Positions 56,660 to 64,000 of a stretch of DNA of 64,000 nucleotides are shown here, one piece after another (position 1 is the first letter of the stretch; every line of letters begins with the position of its first letter). This DNA comes from Octopus vulgaris. Lineage: Eukaryota. The translations under genes and the position numbers were made by a program. Location of the stretch: positions 49,104,001 to 49,168,000 of the forward strand of contig OX597822.1 in the NCBI GenBank assembly GCA_951406725.2. Reading direction: 5' to 3'. The notes beneath the pieces were generated by a model. The model saw only the letters and a list, made by a program, of their open reading frames with translations, had not been told where the DNA came from and did not search any database.

Positions 56660-57050
56660 TTAAATTTTTCCCCTGAAGAAGGGGCTGTTTTCTAACAAAG
56701 GTACAAGCCTCCATCTTGGGAATGTAGATAGCAAAAACAATGTCACATTTTAAGCCCGAGAAAAGTCTTCCACTTACAGATTGTATTTGTAATGTGCTAA
56801 TCGGTTGATTTCTTTTTCTGAAAATCAAAGCTTATCCAGACCGACAAGTAGGCATTTACTTACAAAACCAAGTGCTCCAATTATTATTGGTATAAATGTA
56901 AATTTGTAAATCGGATATAGATGCTTGAGGTGTCGAAGCAGTTGTACATAGTTATCTTCTTTCTCTTTGATTTTCAAAGAGATATTTACATCAGCAAGGC
57001 AGTTGACCTCTATGATGCTACATTGTTTTCTTATCTGTCTCAAATAAACA
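56660..57050 (-). mobile_element. 3' fragment of an R4-type RLE element related to the (CATA)n family
   Basis: CSIIEVNCLADVNISLKIKEKEDNYVQLLR..FIPIIIGALGFV. Confidence 0.8.
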
Positions 57051-57051
57051 A

Positions 57052-57545
57052 TACGTGGTCTGATCAATAAGTATCCGAACTGTTGCCATAACAACGAAGC
57101 TAAAGCATGCAGAGTAAAGCTGCTTGGCACAGATTGATCTTGAAACCTGCTGTGTATGTGCATTAAGTTCTAAGATTGTAGCATATTTCCGCTGTTTACA
57201 GCAGTGCTTGAAAGGAAGATGTGTAGCGTTTGCTCATCGCATTGATCATGACAGAGAATGTTTAGCAGAGAATCTGCATCAAATTTTGCCAATTTGCAGA
57301 GAATATGCATCAAATTTTGGCGATACCTGCTCAGACGCCTACATACAGTTTACAAAAAGTTTTCATTGTTCTCGACAAAATCAAGGAGATCTTGTGTCAC
57401 TGAAACCCGAGTATCTTCTTAGCTGAAAGCAGTTTTGGCAGATACGCGTCTCATACCCAAATCTTCAGTGATGGACTGAACTTAACCGTAACTAATTTGC
57501 ACATCCTCTGATAACTCACGGATGGTGATCCGACGATGTTTTTCT
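57052..57545 (+). mobile_element. mariner 5' fragment with an internal inversion
   Basis: ta-cgtggtctgatcaataagtatccg TIR; MTENV.QRICIKF on plus; HRRITIRELSEDVQIS..LGMRRVSAK on minus (about 57355-57540). Confidence 0.75.
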
Positions 57546-60483
57546 CAGTTCTGCTGATGCCTTGCAAACCTGTTGGCAAATGGCTCAAGTATAGGCCTCA
57601 GTTTGCTCGAGTGCTTATGGATCACTTACTGCGTGTTTTCTGGGGTGGACAGTAAGTCCTGCTTTGCTCTGTGCCATAGTGGCATGTAAAGTTTTCATTT
57701 GGAAGAGTGGCGTTTATATACGCACACATACGCCTCGGTATGTGCGTGTGTGAACAAATAATTTACGCACATATTTATGAAGTTCAATAGAAGTATTTAA
57801 ACAGGTGTCCGGAAATTTACGTAGGAATTTAAAATGTCATAACATGTCAGATCCCTTAGTGATTTTGGCTACATTTATACATAGATACACACACATACAT
57901 GCACACATACATACACACATGTATGCATAGATATACGTATATTCAGTCATATACCAATACATTTACTTACATATATAAGCGTATCCAATGTGCTTCATAT
58001 CGATTTTTACTGTAGGTTTCTATTTCATTGCATGTATCGCTTCGCTGATATTAGATAAATATATAAGTCTGTTTATTTTTGCATAAACACTCTTGGTTTG
58101 TATAGAGAGACTCATTCGACCTATATACTGCTTTATATATTCCACCGATTTCGTTTAAAATATTTGTAGACATCTAACGATAATGGTTTCCTTTGTTTCT
58201 TTAAATTTTGCTTTCAGTATTATGAACATTTTCTTTATATAATTTATCTTTTCAGAAATATATTTTAATGCAATAAAATAAAATTAAAGGACAAAAGACA
58301 AACAAAAACAAGCAACAACCGGGAAAATCAAACACAAACTAACAAACATAAAGAAACCGTGAAATACAAAACAATAAGAAAATATAGAAACACACTTTGA
58401 AAATATAATACTTATAATTTTTTTCTTTTGTCTATATCGACTTTTCTATTTGCTATGTAGTGGTTTAATGTAGATTACATTTCATTTCTATTTCTGTTTA
58501 TAGCTTTGAAAACGTCAAGAGTTGCACACATTTGAATCCTAAATACACCGATATCGGTTTCAATCTTGCAATTTAACACAATATGTGGGTGTGAAGGCGA
58601 TGCTATTGAAAGGATCAGAAACTATTCAACCAAAGCAACGTCTGATGACGCCTATTGATATAAAAACCAGTGTACGTATGCAAATGTTCTCTTATCTCCA
58701 GACAAGGACCTTGTCCTATTCCTTAATGGTATATCAACTTTACAGAATTCCTGATTCTTGCAATTATCTCCTATTCTCATATGGAACTGTTTTTAATTGC
58801 CATTTGGTAATTGTGACAAATCCTGTAGAGACAGAGATAATTTCAAATTTATTTAAGAATTTATACTGTAATTTTATAGGATATACATGTATTTGCCTTT
58901 TTTTCCTTTAGCATGGATTTCAAATATGCAGCAGCGTTTTGTTGTTTTGTCTCACCTAGAAATGACTAAGTTTCACTTGTCATAAGGTGTTGAAATTATC
59001 AGATCTCCTGGAAGTCACTTGTGGTTCTTAAAATACTTTCCTCCATAAATATTTGTTTTCTTCTATTAATTTGTTCCTCGCTTCTAATATCTAAATTACA
59101 ACAGTAATATATCTTATTCCACCAACATTTATTTTTCTTCTAACCTACACTTTCCGTTAACTAAAATATGTTAGCTCTTCTGACATTTGTGCTCTCCTAC
59201 TATAATCTGTTTTAACTTATGACATCCGCCTGCTTTTCCAACATCTGTTCAATCTAACTTATGTTTTCTCCGATCGTCATTTGTTTCTTCTTACTAACAC
59301 ATCTACTTCTACCTACCAATATGTTTCCTTCTCCTTACATCTGTTTCCTGTTTTTAACATCTGTTTCCCGTTTTTAATATATGCTTCCTTGCCCCAAAAT
59401 ACGTTTTCCCTACTAACATTTATTTCTACATATTTACGTTTCCACCTACTAAGAATTGTTTTTCGCTTGCTGCTTTCCTATACGCTGTTCTCCACCACCT
59501 ATAATTTATTTGAGTAATTTATCAGTATGCATTTTTATCTGTCTGTCTATCTGTCTCGCTTTCTCTCTTACTCTCCGTCTCTCCAACGAAATACCCCGTT
59601 GGAAAATTAGACTTCTTCGTTGCGTTGCAATAAAATGATATATTATTTGTCGACATTCGAACTCGCATTTTCCGAAGCATACAATTACTATTTCCTAGAA
59701 TTTTACTGTTATACTTCTTTATAACAGACTCTCATTTTATTCCGAATGAAATTTCATTTCTCATTTCGTTGACGTGACTTAACCTGGAGCTAAGAACGGC
59801 ATGTCAATGATACTATGACATTTCAAACACGATACAACCTAAAGCAACACGGGCAAATATTTTCACTAAACCGACAATGAGAAAAAGAAACCGAATCTTT
59901 CTGAAAGTATACCGTACTATCTAGCAAAGCAAAGAAAAATTGGATAATATAACCCTCAATGTATAATACCTGAAAAAATATTTAGTGATCACAAATGGAA
60001 TATCTTTGATTACCAACTATGCTAAGGGCTGAACAACAACGCAATCCATTTAATTGTTCCGTACAACAATCAAAATAAAACGTGAAGTATCTTAGCATGT
60101 GTAGAAAAGAAAACTAAACGTTTCATTGAATGTTTATATCTGAAATAAAATTTCTAAATTTAGCAAGTTAAATGCACAGGTGACTGTTTTGTAAACCTTG
60201 AAAACGGAATCTTTGCCTGATGAGCATTAAGAGACGTTAAGCATCACAATATGAAATCATCGATGATCTGGCTACATCTGCGACCGTAGGGAGTTTGTCT
60301 CCCTTGTCAGTCATTAAGATTGTGCTTCTGTGGCTATTGAGTTGTTTTGACTCTTATTTCTAGCAATACTGGTGCTGATTAGTACCCTTTGTCACTTAAG
60401 TGATGTATATATAAATACAAAATGGGACAAGAACGGAAAACATTCAATTAGACGATACAAAAAACACGGACGGGTCATTCGAA

Positions 60484-60548
60484 GCCTCTAATCTTCAGTC
60501 AAGAACCGGATCATCCTCGCAATTCCGGCTCATTAATCTTGTGATTGC
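60484..60548 (-). ncRNA. permuted hammerhead-like motif in a short TA-adjacent repeat (about 60412-60588)
   Basis: GCAAU-C-aCAAGA..GGA-AUUGC..UCUUGA-CUGAAGA; two point deviations. Confidence 0.6.
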
Positions 60549-60596
60549 TCCAATCTAGCCAGCCCCAAGGAAAAAAACCAAGCTAAGTGTGCGTGC

Positions 60597-60644
<48 letters not shown>

Positions 60645-60659
60645 GTCGTATGTAAGTCC

Positions 60660-61059
60660 TCATGTGCAGTCAGCTTGAGAGGGGGTACAGAGATGTTGGT
60701 CGACTATGGCTCAGATATAAGGACAAGCTGAAGAGTAAACTCTTAGAAATAAAGATATCTCACAACACCTCTGAGCGAACAGCCTTGGAACGAGCAAAAC
60801 GGAGACCGTTGCGTCAAAATAGTCTTAAAACGTTGTTGCAACCAGCATTAACAGGCTTCGGGGTGCAAGGCAAAGGAGAAAAGCGGCTGCAAGTATACAA
60901 CCCGCACTGACCTGTCATGCTCATATTTGTAACATATGTGGCCTTCTTTGCAAAGCGTTGGCGGGATTTAAATGTCACATTCCACATAAGCATTATGACT
61001 GACAAAGAAAGAGAACATTATCGGAGCCTTAAACGTCGAAACCGACGGCAGAGTCCATC

Positions 61060-61060
<1 letters not shown>
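60660..61060 (+). mobile_element. 3' end of an RTE-like LINE
   Basis: SQLERGYRDVGRLWLRYKDKLK (GRPxxRYKD motif) and a C2H2-like remnant CNICG..H; ends at (TA)n. Confidence 0.65.
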
Positions 61061-61092
<32 letters not shown>

Positions 61093-61134
61093 TATATATA
61101 CATATGTATATGTATTCTTTTATTCTTATGTTGT

Positions 61135-61342
61135 TTTACTTGTTTCAGTCATCTGACTGCGGCAATGCTGGAACATTGCCTTTAGTCGAGCAAATCGCCC
61201 CCAGGGCTTATTCTTAGTAAGCCTAGTACTTATTCAGTTGGTCTTTTGTCGAACCGCTAAGTTACGGGGGCGTAAACACACCAGCATCGGTTGTCAAGTG
61301 ATGTTGGGGTGACAAACATAGACACAGATACACACAGACACA

Positions 61343-61426
<84 letters not shown>

Positions 61427-61580
61427 ACGGTCTTCTTTCAGTTTCCATCTATCAAATCCACTCACAAGGATTTGGTCGGCCTCAGACTATAGAAGAAGAC
61501 ACTTGCTCAAAGTACCACGCAGTGGGATTGAACCCGGATCCATGTAGCTGGTCAGCAAGATACTTACCACACACCCACTC
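61135..61580 (-). mobile_element. OR-like SINE, near full length
   Basis: Same family as 1535-2005. Confidence 0.85.
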
Positions 61581-61707
61581 TATATATGTATATGTATATA
61601 ATTTCTCTTGTACGTGTAAGAATATATGTTTAATATACAAATAAAAATATGATGTAACCTATATTTAAATACAAATATAAATATATATATGTAAATATAT
61701 ATGTGCA

Positions 61708-61747
<40 letters not shown>

Positions 61748-61972
61748 TGTGTGTTTGCGTGCACTAAAATAAAAGAATTTGTTATAAGCTGAATGTAAAT
61801 ATTGCGAAGCATGTTGCTATTACATACACTTGTTCAGCATATTGGCAAATATCATATTTCAACCATTTCCAACACAATGCATACATTCTCTGCATTGACT
61901 AACTGCACATAAAGTTGATTTTATGGAAACCTAGAGAAAGAGTGAGAGAGAAAGCGAGAGAGAGAAAGAGAA

Positions 61973-62009
<37 letters not shown>

Positions 62010-62410
62010 GAGCAGGAAGTGGAGTGTGCTATGGTGATGTGACGTATTGCTGTGTTAGGATTGACAGTAAAGTACATAGCTGTTATAACTTTAGCAACAT
62101 ATATAAAGAACATAACGTATGTCAGTCTGATTTACTAAAATACAAATGATATTCATACATGAGTAAGTTAAGAAGGATTGACTGCTTATTGTTTTAATAA
62201 ACATCGCTTCCTATCCACTTTTATATTGACGTGAAACATTTACATACATAGAAATAAGACTGTGAAGTTATAAAGTCTGCTTCGCAAACACGAGCTTTTG
62301 GATTTGATTCCACTGCACGGCCTCTTGGGAAACTATTTATTTCCTTTTGCTCGACGAATCCAGGTGTGCGAATTTTGCTAGATGGAAACTGAACGGAAGT
62401 CTATGTATGT

Positions 62411-62540
62411 CATTATTCAGTTTATTTCAAGATATCTTGCCAATAGTGAAAGAACTGGCTTCTAACCTACATCCAAGGCTCCTTCATTGGAATTTCAACA
62501 TCAACAACAGGATATTTTTGCTTGTTCGTTTGTATGTATG

Positions 62541-62574
<34 letters not shown>

Positions 62575-63240
62575 TGTATGTATGTATGTATGTATGTATG
62601 TATGTGCAGATTTGTTTGTTTTATGTATGTATTCTTATGCATATAGTTGCATATCTAGACATGCTCATATATATTTAAATAATAAACTTCTGGAAAGTTT
62701 TACAGATTTTTACAGTTCCAGCGATGGATTGGATCTGTAGTCTTCGAATTAACTTTCTCCATGCTGGTTTTGAGAAGCCTAATTTCTCATGATTGGTATT
62801 TAAACAGTGTGTTACATATCCCAGGGCCCCAATAATTATAGGTGTAAACCTGAACTTGTAATCTGGATAGAGTAACTGCAGACTTCTCAATAGTTCAGCA
62901 TATGTGTTCTCCTTTTCATCGATTTTCAGCTTTATGCTAACATCCGCTGGGCAGCTAATTTCCACAGGTTTATTGAGGTCTTCACTGATACACTCCACCA
63001 GTATTCCTTTTCATTATGAGTAGCTATGGCTTCTTGCATGTCCTCGGGATTATCCTTCCGATGGATTTCATTATAGTGTCCTAGCTACAACGTCATGGTT
63101 CATCGGTAGATAATACACCGATGGCATTTTCTGACAACTGCTTATGATGTGGGTGGTAATCTTCAGCATGAACTCCACAGAGTTTGTATCGGTTGTAACA
63201 TTTTACGACTTTTTCCGTATGTGCATCAGGTATTTGACTG
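62411..63240 (-). mobile_element. 5'-truncated R4-type RLE retrotransposon flanked by (CATA)n
   Basis: Minus strand KLCGVHAED.THIISSC (CCHC remnant), NHDVVAR, EYWW, VEISCPAD..EKENTYAELLR..PIIIGALG..KICKTF; 3' UTR ends aaataaactgaataatg-ACATACATA; (TATG)n at 63240-63308. Confidence 0.85.
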
Positions 63241-64000
63241 TATGTATGTATGTATGTATGCATGTATGTATGTATGTGTATGTATGTATGTATGTATGTA
63301 TGTATGTATTGGTTAAAAAAGAATGCAGGAACTTTTGAGATAGCATTTTATTTCCCAAGAATTTTTGACCTTATTATTTAAAAACTAATTATAACTTTTG
63401 ACTGTCTTAAGTGGTTCAAGAAACAGCCTTTTATGCCATTTAAGTATCGTACACAGAGACATTTTTTCAGAAACTAGTACAATTGAAATAGATGAACATG
63501 CTTAAAAATATAGACTAACAGGATATAACCGTTTCTATAGAAAATCAGAGTGGAAATAATATCCAAATTAGTTGCTATCGATGGATTTCCATAAATGTAA
63601 CAGATAAAAGTGCTTTTATCACAAAAGCTATTACAGACAAAGGTTTAATTTTATCAAAACATGGTTCTCATTTAATGCAGCTAATTCAACGCTAATATAA
63701 TTTGAAAAATATTGAAATTAAATTTTGTGATTAAAATATGAAGTATAAAAACGAGGGTCTGAAAAAATTCAATATTTCTTTGGATGAAAAAATATTTTTG
63801 CGTAATCGCATTAATTTAAATAATACAAATGTACACTCATCCGGCAAATTGTGGAATTTAAGAATAACCAAAATTTATGAAAGTTTACTTGGAGGAAACA
63901 TGATTGGACTTTAAGAAACTAAATTCCTGTATTCAAACTTGTCTTGAAAAAAGTAGTTGCAGCCACAACTGATAGAACCAGTGACAGGGTTAAATTTGGT

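Overview
Eukaryotic, AT-rich, microsatellite-dense non-coding DNA, most likely from an octopus (coleoid cephalopod) genome: it is full of tRNA-derived SINEs matching my recollection of the octopus OR/OK families. No intact host gene is recognisable; most ORFs in the track are artefacts of (TA)n, (CA)n and (CATA)n repeats. The window is mostly decayed mobile elements: Tc1/mariner (including a complete IR/DR Tc1), pogo/Tigger, Helitron/Helentron fragments, RTE LINEs, an internally deleted Tx1/L1, several RLE non-LTR elements (R4/Dong, HERO-like), and Penelope-like fold-back repeats with canonical minimal hammerheads. The main signal is an RNA motif repeated in at least six places near the 3' ends of several different elements. 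It is a hammerhead ribozyme core in non-circularly permuted order: 5'-stemIII'-UH-stemI'-linker-GAAA-stemIII-linker-stemI-CUGANGA-3'. Stems I and III form an H-type pseudoknot, and their sequences differ between families while keeping base pairing. A degenerate form of the same fold ends the Dong 3' UTRs and lies inside a 560-bp non-coding element flanked by (TAA)n. Second, there is an R4-type RLE family whose copies sit in (CATA)n rather than (TAA)n repeats. All pairings were read by eye; no folding program or database search was run.
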